A program made the translations under genes and the position numbers. The notes under the pieces were generated by a model. It had not been told where the DNA came from, did not search any database, and saw nothing but the letters and a program-made list of their open reading frames with translations. Positions 25,852 to 37,654 of a stretch of 64,000 nt of DNA are shown piece after piece (positions within the stretch are counted from its first letter, which is position 1; each line of letters starts with the position of its first letter). Source of the DNA: Gekko japonicus (taxonomy: Eukaryota); assembly GCF_001447785.1 (NCBI RefSeq), contig NW_015165238.1, forward strand, positions 281,633 to 345,632, read 5' to 3'.

Positions 25852-26364
25852 TGTGAGAAGCGCAAGCCTGGGACCTGCTTGCACCTTGTCCTCTGAGCAA
25901 GACTCAGCCCTTTGGGTCCTCAAGGCAGAATGCATACAAATAAAACAGACCTTTAATATATTTATTAAAGGATTAAAAAAAATTCCCTATGCAGTACACT
26001 CTCAATAGCTTAACAACGGAGAAAATAAAGAGGCTAACTGTTCCATGTAATAGAGTAAATACCTGGCATTAAATGGGAAATCATATCGCAGCATAAAATC
26101 TAAGCAGTAACATAAAAACATTCTACACATTGCAGTCCATCATGATGGAGTGTAACATATCAAAGCATACTAGCATGGAATGAGCATAAAGTTAGCATGG
26201 CTTTCCTTTGGCCTATACCCTTATTATAGCTTTTTACCCTCTGGCACCAGGTGGTCTCTTGGATCCAATCAGAAATCTCTCTTGACTGAACTTTCCAAAA
26301 GATGTTAATGTCAGTTCCTATCCCCCTCCCCATCTGGTTATACAACTGAGCACAGGATCTCACT
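25852..26364 (-). mobile_element. Possible solo LTR
   Basis: Ends TGTGAG / CTCAC(T) with ATTA on both flanks; CCAAT, TATA-like and AATAAA in LTR order on minus; absent from the paralogous 3' flank at ~42500. Confidence 0.4.
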
Positions 26365-26489
26365 ATTAACCAATTACCACATTCTTGAGTCCAGCCTTGA
26401 AAGAGATGTGGTAACTGATGGAAAGCTCAAATCACAAGCACTTGTGAGCTGGACTAGGCCCTCTAATAATCACCTCAACCCTTGAGGGA

Positions 26490-28203
26490 AATTAGGGTGC
26501 TTTGCCTCAGACAGTACTGTTAAATTGCATGTATTTGATTAATAGTTCTTTTAATGCTATTTTATACTTTGGGCAACCCAACTCTGAGGGCTGGTGGCTG
26601 GCCACCAGTGTAACACTGATGCCCATAGTTGATTTCCTATGGAAAGGAAGGAAACAGCATGGGGTCTTTCACCAGGCAGAGACCCATACAAAGTATCCCG
26701 AAACATCCTAGAAACCACAGGAACATCATGGAACGGGGGCCAATGGCATCCCTCTGAGCAATCCAAACAGGTGCAGCCATCAAATGCCTGCCAATGTGAC
26801 CACAGTTCCTCAATGCTTCACATCTCCCACACACAGAGTGCACAGTAGAGTTGCCAGGTCCCCTTGTTGCTCTGGCAGGAGGATTTGGGAGGCATTCTGG
26901 AGTGGGTGTGGACACCCCAAGCCACATCCCCAAGCACAACCACCTGCCTGGCCACCCCTCTGCCTGCCTCTACTTCTGCCAGATTTAAAGGGCTTCAGCT
27001 GATCGGAAGGGACCACGTGGCCTGCCAATCAGCTGAAGGGTCCTTTAAATCTAGCAGAAGGGAGGGTCATGGGCCACATACTCAGCGGGGAGGGGGGCAA
27101 AGCATGTGAGGCTGGGGGAAATTCAGCTGATCTAAGGGCTGGCTTCCCATGCAGCCCTGTTTATTAAACAAGGCTGCATGAGGAGCCAACCCAAAGCTGA
27201 CCCAGCAGGGAGTGCCTTCCTGCCTGCCGGCTAAACTGATCTTAGAGCTGGCTTCTTATGCAGCCCCACTTAAACAAGGCTGCACGAGAAGTCAGACCAA
27301 AGCTGAACCGGCTGGGAGCACTCTGCTTCCTATTGGTTCAGCTGATCTTTGGGCTGGCTTCTTTAAAGTTTTTAAAGGGACTGCAGTAGATAGCCTGACA
27401 AACAGCTGAGAGGTGGGAGCAATGTGTTCCTGCCTCTCTGCTGTTTTTCAGATCTACTCTATTCAGGATTTTATCAAGATTTTTTTTGTTGCTATTCTGA
27501 AAAATCCCAGATATCTTTGGGATACCAAAATATGCCCAAAAATATTGATAAGGTATTTTGGGGTGTGTTCCTGCCTCTCTGCTGTTTTTCAGATCTACTC
27601 TATTCAGGATTTTATCAAGATTTTTGTTGTTGCTATTCTGAAAAATCCCAGAATGCCCAGCAGAACCCAGTGCCATTGTGGCAATGCCAGCTCAACCACA
27701 ATCAAAGCAAAGGGGACATTTTTGCAAGCCCAGCAGAACCAGTAAAGTGTACAGAGTGCCCAGCAGTACTGGTACAATTACAGAGTGCCCGGCAGAACCC
27801 AGTGCCACTGGTATTGCAAGCTTAAAAGGGCTTATCTCAAAGCACAGAGTCACACATCCAAGCAAAGGGGATAGGATTTTCCAAGCTCTGTGCAATAAAG
27901 AAATTCAGGAGGGGGGGCTCTTGAAACTGACATTAATAGATTGAAACTGACAACATTGTTTCTAAGGCTGGAGAATTCTGCTGCCTTTGTTACTTTGAAG
28001 TTTGGTAAACATTTTGTTCGAGTGGAGATAGTTTCTCTGGAATTGAATCCATTCAAGAACCAGCACAAACCTCCACAAACAGCTTCAAAGTTCATGGAGA
28101 GTTTGTGCCGGTTGACTTGCCATGAACTTCCCTTCACAAACCACAAACTGGCCAAAATTAATCATGAATATTAGTTCACAAGCTGGATTGTGCTCATCCC
28201 TAG
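26490..28203. mobile_element. Composite hAT-like non-autonomous element with internal tandem repeats
   Basis: Right end CATCCCTA; ~90-bp direct repeat (27423 and 27565), ~115-bp hairpin-bearing units at 27120-27365, and AGTGCCCAGCAGAACCCAG repeats at 27655-27810. Confidence 0.45.
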
Positions 28204-28860
28204 TGCTGGGACTTCTTCAGATCGGTGGATCAGGTCTGTCTTGGTTCAAAGAACCAGAACACAAACTCTTTGGGAAGGCATGACTTCTTTGCCTAATGAT
28301 TAATAGCTGGTGTGAGGGGGATGTGGGAGTCTCAGGACTTATTTGACTGGAAGGTGCCTTAACAGTCAGGGATTCATTCAAAAGAAGAATGGCAGTGGCC
28401 TGTCTCTACTTTATTACTTAGAATGTATCACTGCCCTCACTGAGAGACCTGGAGATTTAGCAGGTTTAAGAGGCACATTACAGATCCTTGATAAAGTAGT
28501 GATCCTTGATTTGCCTAGGGTTTTACTAGCTCTTTGTTCTTTTCCTATGTTCAAATCTAGACTTTTATTCCTAAAATCAGTTCTAGGTTAGCCCCTTGAG
28601 AGACACAACAGTGGCCATTTTCAGTGCAAGAGGTCAATATGCATCTTTAAAAGATGGTAATGAGACAGATAAATGTGGTCAAATATTAACATGTATTTTG
28701 TGAAAAACAACAACAATAAAGCAACAAGTAATACTAAAATCTTGTGGAAGGAATCCCATGCATATGACCTTACAGAACTCATATGTTCAATGAACATAAT
28801 GTGTATTCGAAACACTGGCACAACATCCACTTTGTAGCCTTAGAAATCACGAATAATTTT

Positions 28861-29080
28861 TGCCCTGACCTGGATAGCCCAGGCAAGCCCAATCTCATCA
28901 GATCACAGAAGCTAAGCAGGGTTGACTATGGTTTTTACTTGGCTGGGAGACTTCCTTGGAATACAAAGTTGGGAGGACAGAGGCAGGCTTTATTCAGCCA
29001 CCTCTCTGACTATCCTCCAAGCCCCCAGAAGGGGTCAGTAAACAGAGGTGAATGTGACTTCCAGGTGCGAATGTACACAC
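28861..29080 (+). mobile_element. 5S rRNA-derived SINE
   Basis: GCCCAATCTCATCAGATCACAGAAGCTAAGCAGGGT..TACTTGGCTGGGAGAC resembles 5S rRNA; a second head fragment lies at ~29845-29910. Confidence 0.75.
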
Positions 29081-29461
29081 AAAAACAAAAAAAATACCCC
29101 CCCAAATAAATTACTAATACTTTCTAAGGATTACCCTTTAACAAAGATGGAGGTGGATTGATCATACACAAGAGCAGACACCTTTCTTTCAAGCAGCCAT
29201 GGGACAGGGAACTCTAGGTTCAGCATCCATGTTTTAAAAGTTGGGTAGGGTTTTTTGTATTGTCTTACCGACAATGATAATGTAGGATTTTAGACAAATA
29301 AAAATATTGAACATATTTGTTAACTGGGGTGTGTGGAGGGACATTTAAAGGAAAAGGACAGTGATGAAGTTTCTGACCACATGACTGCTGGAACAGAAGA
29401 TACATTCATGTCTGTTTGCCTTTTCATTGTCTTATTTTCCCTTCTTCTAAAAATCCCAGCC

Positions 29462-29817
29462 TAACTGGTGCTGGAGAAAACTCTTGAGTCCCTTGGACTG
29501 CAAGGATGACAGATCAATCATTCCTAAAGGAAATCAACCCTGGCTGTTCCCTGGAAGGTCAGATACTGAAGCTGAAGTTCAAATACTTTGGCCACCAAAT
29601 GAGAAGGGAGCACTCACTGGAGAAGACCCTGATGCTAGGAATGATTGAAGGTAAAAGAAGAAGGGGACGGCAAAGGATGAGATGGTTGGACAGTGTTATC
29701 GAACATGACATTGAGCAAACTCTGGAGGACGGCAGAAGACAGGAGGGCCTGGCGTGAAGTGGTCCATGGTGTCATGAAGACTCAGACTTGACTGTGCAAC
29801 TGAACAACAACAACAAA
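29462..29817 (+). mobile_element. BovB (RTE) LINE 3' fragment, older
   Basis: KEINPGCSLEGQILKLKFKYFGHQMRREHSLEKTLMLG; (CAA)n tail. Confidence 0.9.
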
Positions 29818-30344
29818 TTAGATTCAAATGTTTTAACCCATTTATGCCCTGACCTGGATAGCCCAGGCTAGTCCAGTCTCTTCTGATCTCAGCAGCTAAG
29901 TACGGTTGGCTCTAGAGTCACTACACAGACAAATTACTGCATACAAACTTAAATCAGCATTTACAGCATTGTGATTCGAGACTATGCCAACCGAATTACT
30001 CCTGGGATGATTCTTATAACCCCCCCCCCCCCCCCCCACCGCATCTTTTTCTGTAAAAATCATCCATTTCATTGTAGTGGGAACCAAGGTAAATTTTTAA
30101 CTGAAATAATAGATCAATTGCAGAATTTTTCTGACATAGACGAATTATTATTTCTGCTGTCAGATGCAGACCCTATAGTTTCCTACAGGGTAGCACTCTT
30201 CACCTTAGCGGCCAAGAACACAGAAAAATGAAACTGAAGTGTAAAACTGCAATGTAAAATGGCAATGTTTGAGGCTATGTGTTTCTGGAGATGGGTATCC
30301 ATATTTTAGATTTTAATTAATATAAATACTGAATGTGCAGATGT

Positions 30345-30981
30345 CGCTGTTGTTGTTCAGTCGCACAGTCGAGTCCGACTCTTTGCGACCCCATGGACCA
30401 GCTCCCGCCAGGCCTTCCGGTCTTCTTCAACTTCATGTTCGTTGCATCGATGACACTGTCTAACCATCTCAGCCTTTGCCGTCCCCGTCTTCTTTGACCT
30501 TCAATCTTTCCCAGCATCAGGGTCTTCTCCAGTGAGTGCTCCCTTCTCATTTGGTGGCCAAAGTATTTGAGCTTCAGTTTCATTATCTGGCCTTCCAGGG
30601 AACAGTCAGGGTTGATTTCTTTTAGGATTGACTGATTTGTTCTTCTTGCAGTCCAAGGGACTCTCAAGAGTCTTCTCCAGCACCATAGTTCAAAAGAATC
30701 TATTCTTCGGCGCTCGGCCTTCCTTATAGTCCAACTCTCGCAGCCATACATGACTACTGGGAATACCACTGATTTGACCATGCGGACTTTTGTTGGCAGG
30801 GTGATGTCTCTACTTTTTATCAAGCTGTTTAGGTTTGCCATCGCTTTCCTCCCAAGGAGCAGGCGTCTTTTAATTTCATGACTGCTGTCACAGTCTGCGG
30901 TGATCTGGGATCCCAGGAACGTGAAATCTGTCACTACTTCCACGACTTCCCCTTCTATTTGCCAAGGAGTGATGGGGCCGG
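30345..30981 (-). mobile_element. BovB LINE 3' fragment, interrupted by the LTR at 30982
   Basis: ORF 30317..30943 nearly identical to the C-terminus of the 36211 ORF; (CAA)n tail at 30347-30357. Confidence 0.93.
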
Positions 30982-32142
30982 TGTAACTATATGAGCTTAT
31001 GTTTGTATTTCTGTATAGTGGTGATGCTGCTTATGTGTGTCTCTAGCATGAATTCCTATGCATTATGTATTCAGGGATTGCTGTATGTTGTGTGTTGCTT
31101 TGTTCTGCATCTCATGCTTGCCTAGAAATAGGCTGGCCTGGGCCTGCCGTTGCACATACGGACCATGTGCGTCCCTGGAATGTATCCCATGACTCTTTGG
31201 GATGGAGAAGACACCGCGCCATTGCACCCACTTGGAGAGCTATGGAAAATCCCCAGCGAACCCCGGCATTCTTGGAATGGAAAGAGCAAGTGACCCTACT
31301 CCCTTAATCTGGTTTGGAGATCTAAAGACAATAGCGTTTATGGCTTTGGAGCAGGAACCAGATCTGCAAATCAAGAGGGTGTCCATGGGAACGGAAGATT
31401 CACACCTTGCCAAAAGGCACCTTTGATGTAGAAGTAGGATCTGCATATTGCCACCACCCCTCAGGAGAGCGTCATCCCCCTCGTCATCCCCTCGTCACCC
31501 CCTCTTCATCCAGTAGTGATAGTTTAGAGGACGGGTTTGATAGTTTATGGCTGGATAGCACATGCCCCAAAAAGAGTTTATTTAAGGAGAAACTCTCCTT
31601 TGTCTCTCTGGTTAACCCACCCTCCCCATAGCAGTGCACTAAGGTGCTACAAGTGACTCTACTACCTAAGTTCTCCGGAGTCGCGACCCAGAGAGCTCAC
31701 ACGTGGTTTGGCTGGTCCTACCTGTGTGCCTTGGAGTTCACAAGCTGCTGCATTTCGGCTGCCCAGCGTTCCAAGGAGGAGAGTTCTTCCTCAGCTGGAC
31801 CTCAGATGAGTATAGCCGTGCCCCATTGTGTCATCCCCATTTTGATGCTTTTGTTATTTTCTATGCTGTAATTGTTCTAATGTACTATTGTAACTAAGGA
31901 GCTTGTATGAATTTGTATGATTCCGATTTTGTATGCCTGATGAAAAACCTTTAGTAAAGACAACATTTATTTAAGGACTAGCGTGTTGTCTCACTTCCTG
32001 GGATATAGCCGAGCGTCTCATTCGCCATCCGACCTCTGTATAGACTGGTATAGAACTTACGCACAGCCACAAACACCCAATTTTCCTTGGTAGATAACTT
32101 GGATTGGGTCTCCAGGAATTTCCTGGAGAAGTTGGCATAACA
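30982..32142 (+). mobile_element. 5' LTR (1161 bp) of an ERV/LTR retroelement
   Basis: TGT...ACA termini, TATA-like TTTATTTAAG near 31580, AGTAAA polyA-like signal near 31953; PBS 4 nt downstream; left edge falls exactly at the BovB breakpoint. Confidence 0.8.
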
Positions 32143-32146
32143 GATC

Positions 32147-32163
32147 TGGTGCCCCGTGTGAGG
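32147..32163 (+). promoter_or_regulatory. Primer-binding site complementary to elongator tRNA-Met
   Basis: TGGTGCCCCGTGTGAGG is the reverse complement of the 3' end (..CCTCACACGGGGCACCA) of vertebrate elongator tRNA-Met. Confidence 0.85.
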
Positions 32164-33190
32164 CGACCTTTGGACCCCTCGGAACCGGTACCCAACCATT
32201 CGGTTCCGAAGGACCCAAAACGTGGAGAAACGATCTGGTCGTTTGGACGCTCTAGCGTAGGGAAGTGTGAGAGGTTTCCGTCTGCGTGCTTGGCCTTTAG
32301 TGGCATCTGTACTGCGGGAGGGATTTCTACCCCTTTCCCTCTAAACCCAGGAGCATCCTCGGTTTCGCGCTCCGATCCTATCGTTGTGGGTGGACACCGA
32401 GGCGCGACTACGAAGAGGACCTGGTTAGGGAACCCCAGTTGCACAAGCACTACATACACGCAGGAACATATAAACCCCTGTCTCCTTAAAACGCTCCCCG
32501 ACTTCGGTGCCCAGCCAAGAGGCTGCGCCCGTAATATTCTCCCTCCCCCGAAGCGAGCTGAGGACAACTCGCACGGGATCGGCACAAGCTGCGCGCTGTA
32601 GCCGTCCCGTCCCTAGGAGCTAAGTTCTCCAGTAGGGAAAACCTCACTATCTGGCGCAGTTGGGTCTGCCAAGGGAAAACGGGACTGATCCCCCCGGAAT
32701 TCCAACACCCTTCAAGGACTACGGTCCAGGTTCTGGTTGCTCCTGGAAAGGAAGTAGCTCTTCCTTATCCGCAAAGCCTGAAACTCAGGCTACCTAGGGT
32801 TGAAATACCCTCAGGTACGGCCTTGATCTCTGTACGCCTGTTTGCCAGAGATCTAAACGGGTGGTGCGATCGCAAAGGTCACACCGTCCACGGTTCTTGG
32901 ATAACCCGTGAGGAAGAACAGCGTTCTTTAACTCGGAAAATCCACACGTGCAAAGGGTAAACCCTTTTGCCTGAATTAGTGCCGTCACCGAGGTTATACT
33001 TGCAGCTGACCCGGCGTGAGCCATCTCGGACACCCGGATACCACTGTAAGATACCCGCGAGTGAGCACTACCCCCGCACACCAATCATGGGTGCACAGTC
33101 GCCAATGTTCAGTCACGGCCAGGATACGTTCCAGCATATTGGACACCTTCCGACCTGAGGGGCTCATCTTCCGGCATCATATCTTTTAGC
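32164..33190 (+). mobile_element. Retroviral 5' leader (internal region, truncated before recognisable gag)
   Basis: CpG-rich, follows PBS, stem-loop CGGAACCG..CGGTTCCG at ~32180-32208; right boundary approximate. Confidence 0.6.
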
Positions 33191-33295
33191 CCTTGGGTGA
33201 TAGTGTGACATGCCCTCTCTGTGCTTTTCCTACAACCAAGGTGCAATGCTGCATGTCCTAAATTTGCACATCAGGGAGACAAAGCCCCATACTGT

Positions 33296-33806
33296 GGCCC
33301 CGGTCACACGGGCCGGATATCATGGGGGGGAGGCGTGGCTGTTATCCCTGGAGCAAACTACCATGGGGCCGCCGGATCACACGTCCCACCGACGTCTCAT
33401 GGTTCGGGGGGAGGTGCCGATCATACGTCAATCCTGCATGCCATAAAGAAGTGGCATGGCGTGGGTTGTGGGTTTTTTTTAACCAAAGTGTGCACATGCG
33501 CCGTTGGGTGCTTGTGTACATCCCGTGGAGACTTAGGGGAAAAAACCCTTTTCACAATGGGACATGGGCGGGCACCAGATGCCATGAGCTACCACCGGAA
33601 ACGTAATCAGATGCCCGCCATTGCCCCGTGGTTTCCGGAAACTAGTACCTCGGAGGTACTAGCTTTTTACCCCGCATCTTCCACGGGAAGCCTCGGGTGA
33701 GCCATGGGAGCTCTATGCTTTCCAGATGTTGCGGTGTGATCATGCCCGGAAAATCCACCTATCTTCTGTCTCTGTAGCATGGCTAATGCTCTGTGTGACC
33801 GCAGGC
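33296..33806. mobile_element. Harbinger-like MITE family A relative
   Basis: TIRs GGCCCCGGTCACACG / TGTGTGACCGCAGGC; 3-bp TSD TGT. Confidence 0.85.
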
Positions 33807-34247
33807 TGTGTACTTTAAAATCTGAGCTCCAAGCATCCCAGCTCTCCACTGTAGCACTAGAGGGGCTGCAGTTTGGTATGAGGGGAGGATGTGGCCAGCT
33901 GCTGGGGAGGTGGGACTGATTGTGCAATAGCTGGTATCCTAAGCTACACTTGGGCTTTTGGGCAGCACTAAAGCTGTAGGAGGATGCTTGGGTTTCCCCA
34001 TTGTATTGGTGCCCATGGGCTGTTTCACAGTTTTTTTTCAGGTGTAACTTTATGCTGGTTCTGGGGACATTTTCAGGGTGGGGTAGCTTAGGTAGCTGAC
34101 TAAATCCTGCTGTCGTCTTGTATCCATCCCTTCCTCCAGTGGGACAGAGGATTGCACCCACAGTGATCTAGTAAGGGTCTGTGGCATTGCTGAGTTGGCA
34201 CCCAGACACAATCCAGTGGCAGTGGTGCCCTGTGCCAGTGTATCTTC

Positions 34248-34525
34248 AAGAAGGAGGAGGAAGAGAAGAGTTGGATTTATACCCCACCCTTCACTTGGAG
34301 CCTCAGAGCAGTTTATAATCTCCTTCCCTTCCCCTCCGCATAACAGACACCCTGTTAGGTAGGTGGGGTTGAGAGAGCTCTGAGAGAACTGCTCTTGAGA
34401 GAACAGCTCTGAGAGAGCTGTGACTGACCCATGGTCACCCAGCTGGCTGCATGTGGAGGAGTGGGGAATAAAACCTGGTTCTCCAGATTAGAGGTCACTG
34501 CTCTTAACCACTGCACCATACCACT
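34248..34525 (-). mobile_element. Squam3-like tRNA-derived SINE, full length
   Basis: tRNA-like head at right, GAA/GGA-repeat tail at left; homologous to 40632-40908. Confidence 0.8.
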
Positions 34526-36210
34526 GTAACTCTGAGGTACATCAAGGTAGCAGCAGATTGGTTCCCTGACTGCTCCCCCTTCCAAGGACTTCACTGTTAA
34601 TAAAGTTTTTTATTATTATAAAAATCAGTGTCAAGACCATGGCGGGAGGGGGGAGCAAATGTCAAGAAAAAGAAACAAATTACTGTCATTCATAACAAGC
34701 AAACAGAAAGACCTTCTCTCATACTTTATTTATTACTTTCAATTTCTATCCCACCCTTCCCTGTACATCATAAACATAATCCACTGTTCATCAGTTTATC
34801 ATTGCTTTGAACGTTATTTTTTGTGATCTGACAAAAATGTCAGTGTTGTTAATAATGAAATGCATTAAATACTTGAGATCTGTGGTGCTCATATGTCTTG
34901 TAAGCCTGCATTGTCTAATTAGTGTTTTCAGTAGTTTGTTTTTGGAAAGGGGAAACATGGCAAATTTCCTCTCTTTTTTTGCACTGAGCATACCTACATT
35001 GTTTTGGTCAACACAGTAAGGAGAGATTACATTAGGTAGTCATCTACATAGGAAGCAGAGCTTCTATGTTTTCCAGCAAGGGAGGAGGATAGCCACAAAA
35101 CCAGAATTAGTTTGCTGTCCCTCCTGTAGGCTCTGGTTCTGCTACCATTGAGTGGTCTGTTTAGTTTGCTGGCTGAAGGACCCAGAAGATTCCCAGTGAA
35201 AAAGCTGGTTGGATCCAACTCCAAGAATGCAGCAGTTCTTCACTAGGCAACAATGGTGGCCTTCCTAATTATTTCTTCCATAGTTGTTAAGTTTCTGAGA
35301 GAGTTGTGTGAAGGAAAAGTTTTGTCATTAGGTTTAGTTTCTGCTGTTATGACACACAAAGACTCTGGGGAGGGAGATTTGGGTCTATCAAGAAGAACAA
35401 AAATGGGTGAATCTCCTCCACATCTCCAGTTCTTCTTCCTGCCAGGAATAGCTACCAACACAGAGGAGAAGATGTGAGTAAGTATACAACATCTTTACTC
35501 TGAAGTGTGACTCATGATCACTTGAGTGCTTCATTTGGAGTGGTATAGCAAAGCTTTAGGGATGGATAAGGGGGAGGGCATGGAAGGAACAAAATTTCAA
35601 TGGACACAGAGCAAAATGATGCAGCAGATATCAAAAGTAATTTAAATAATGGCTACGGAAAACTGGACAGCAGTTATGTTTTATTCTGTTCTCCTTACTA
35701 GAGCCCCCACGTCACATCCCCCCCACACACATCCAAACAGGTCCCATGATCCCCAGCATACCTTTTTGAGGTGGCCTAATAACACCCATCACTCCTATTT
35801 CACCAGGAAAAAAGTTTAATGTTTCATTTTGGACTCTGTTTATAATGGAATCAGAAAATGAGGTATGTTAAATGGGTAACGTTTCGAGTAGACCCCCATT
35901 ATACTGGAAATAAGGGATATAGCTATGTGAAAGTAGATGAGAGAGAATTTCTTTTTCAATTAAAAAGAAAGTCTTGTCAGGTTGGTGTCAATCTGATTCT
36001 CATAATTGTAAAGATGGGCAGCTATTTTTTTACTTGATTAATTTTCACAATGATGTGAAATTGGCTATTTTTGAATCCCTACAATAAAATATTTTCCTTC
36101 ATTTCCTCCCTTTTACTTAGGGATTTTCCCTTTTCTCTCCACAGAATATTTTTGAGGGAAAGAAATGGTAATACAGACTTCTATGACAGGATTCTTACTT
36201 ATGGAATTTT

Positions 36211-37654
36211 GTGATATTCAAAGTCTTAGAAGATGATGCTGTTAAAGTTCTGCACTCCATTTGCCAGCAAATTTGGAAAACGCAACAGTGGCCACAGGAT
36301 TGGAAAAGATCAGTATACATTCCAATCCCAAAGAAGGGCAATGCCAAGGAATGTTCAAACTATCGCACAATTGCACTCATATCACACGCTAGCAAGGTCA
36401 TGCTCAAGATCCTACAAGCTAGGCTTCAACAGTACGTGGATAGAGAACTACCAGAAGTACAAGCTGGGTTTCGAAGAGGTAGAGGAACGAGAGATCATAT
36501 TGCCAACATTCGCTGGATTATGGAGAAAGCAAGAGAGTACCAGAAAAATATCTACTTCTGCTTCATTGACTATGCTAAAGCCTTTGACTGTGTGGATCAC
36601 AACAAACTATGGCAGGTCCTTAAAGAGATGGGAGTACCAGACCACCTCACATGTCTCTTGAGAAACCTGTATAAGGGCCAAGAAGCGACAGTTAGAACCG
36701 GATACGGAACAACTGATTGGTTCAGCATAGGAAAAGGAGTACGACAAGGATGTATACTGTCACCTTGCTTATTTAATATATATGCAGAGTACATCATGCG
36801 AAATGCTGGCCTGGATGAATCACAAGCGGGAATTAAGATTGCTGGGGAAAAGATCAACAACCTCAGATATGCAGATGATACCACTCTAATGGCTGAAAGT
36901 GAAGTGGATCTAAAGAACCTCTTGCTCAGAGTAAAAGAGGAGAGCGCAAAAGTGGGCTTGAAGCTCAACATCAAAAAAACTAAGATCATGGCATCCGGCC
37001 CCATCACTCCTTGGCAAATAGAAGGGGAAGCTGTGGAAGTAGTGACAGACTTCACGTTCCTGGGATCCCAGATCACCGCAGACTGTGACTGCAGCCATGA
37101 AATTAAAAGACGCCTGCTCCTTGGGAGGAAAGCGATGGCGAACCTAAACAGCATGATAAAAAGTAGAGACATCACCCTGCCAACAAAAGTCCGCATGGTC
37201 AAAGCAATGGTATTCCCAGTAGTCATGTATGGCTGCGAGAGCTGGACTATAAGGAAGGCCGAGCGCCGAAGAATAGATTCTTTTGAACTATGGTGCTGGA
37301 GGAGACTCTTGAGAGTCCCTTGGACTGCAAGAAGAACAAATCAGTCAATCCTCAAAGAAATCAACCCTGACTGTTCCCTGGAAGGCCAGATAATGAAACT
37401 GAAGCTCAAATACTTTGGCCACCAAATGAGAAGGGAGCACTCACTGGAGAAGACCCTGATGCTTGGAAAGATTGAAGGTCAAAGAAGACGGGGACGGCAA
37501 AGGATGAGATGGTTAGACAGTGTCATCGATGCAACGAACATGAAGTTGAGCCAACTTCAGAGGACGGCAGAAGACCGGAAGGCCTGGAGAGAGCTCGTCC
37601 ATGGGGTCGCGAAGAGTCGGACTCGACTGTGCGACTGAACAACAACAACAACAA
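36211..37654 (+). mobile_element. BovB (RTE) LINE, 5'-truncated, with uninterrupted 475-codon RT reading frame
   Basis: QAGFRRGRGT, FIDYAKAFDCV, GVRQGCILSP, LRYADDTTL; (CAA)n tail; no endonuclease domain. Confidence 0.96.

Noticed and set aside
27120-27815. CRISPR-like array
   Set aside because: Eukaryotic context, irregular unit lengths, no unique spacers of constant size, no cas genes.
28861-28975. 5S rRNA gene
   Set aside because: Diverged 5S-like head fused to a SINE body and present as several partial copies; it is a 5S-derived SINE.
30982-32163. Endogenous foamy virus (suggested by long LTR)
   Set aside because: PBS is tRNA-Met rather than the tRNA-Lys1,2 of mammalian foamy viruses, and no foamy gag/pol sequence is visible.
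31971-32601. 204-aa minus and 165-aa plus ORFs across the PBS as gag
   Set aside because: Non-ATG starts, cross the LTR boundary, no capsid or zinc-knuckle motifs.
36597-37226. 209-aa antisense ORF
   Set aside because: Shadow frame of the BovB RT; the same antisense text recurs at 57147.
36211-37638. Domesticated host reverse transcriptase gene or OR-RT fusion
   Set aside because: 5'-truncated BovB with GTG pseudo-start and (CAA)n tail; OR ATG is out of frame.
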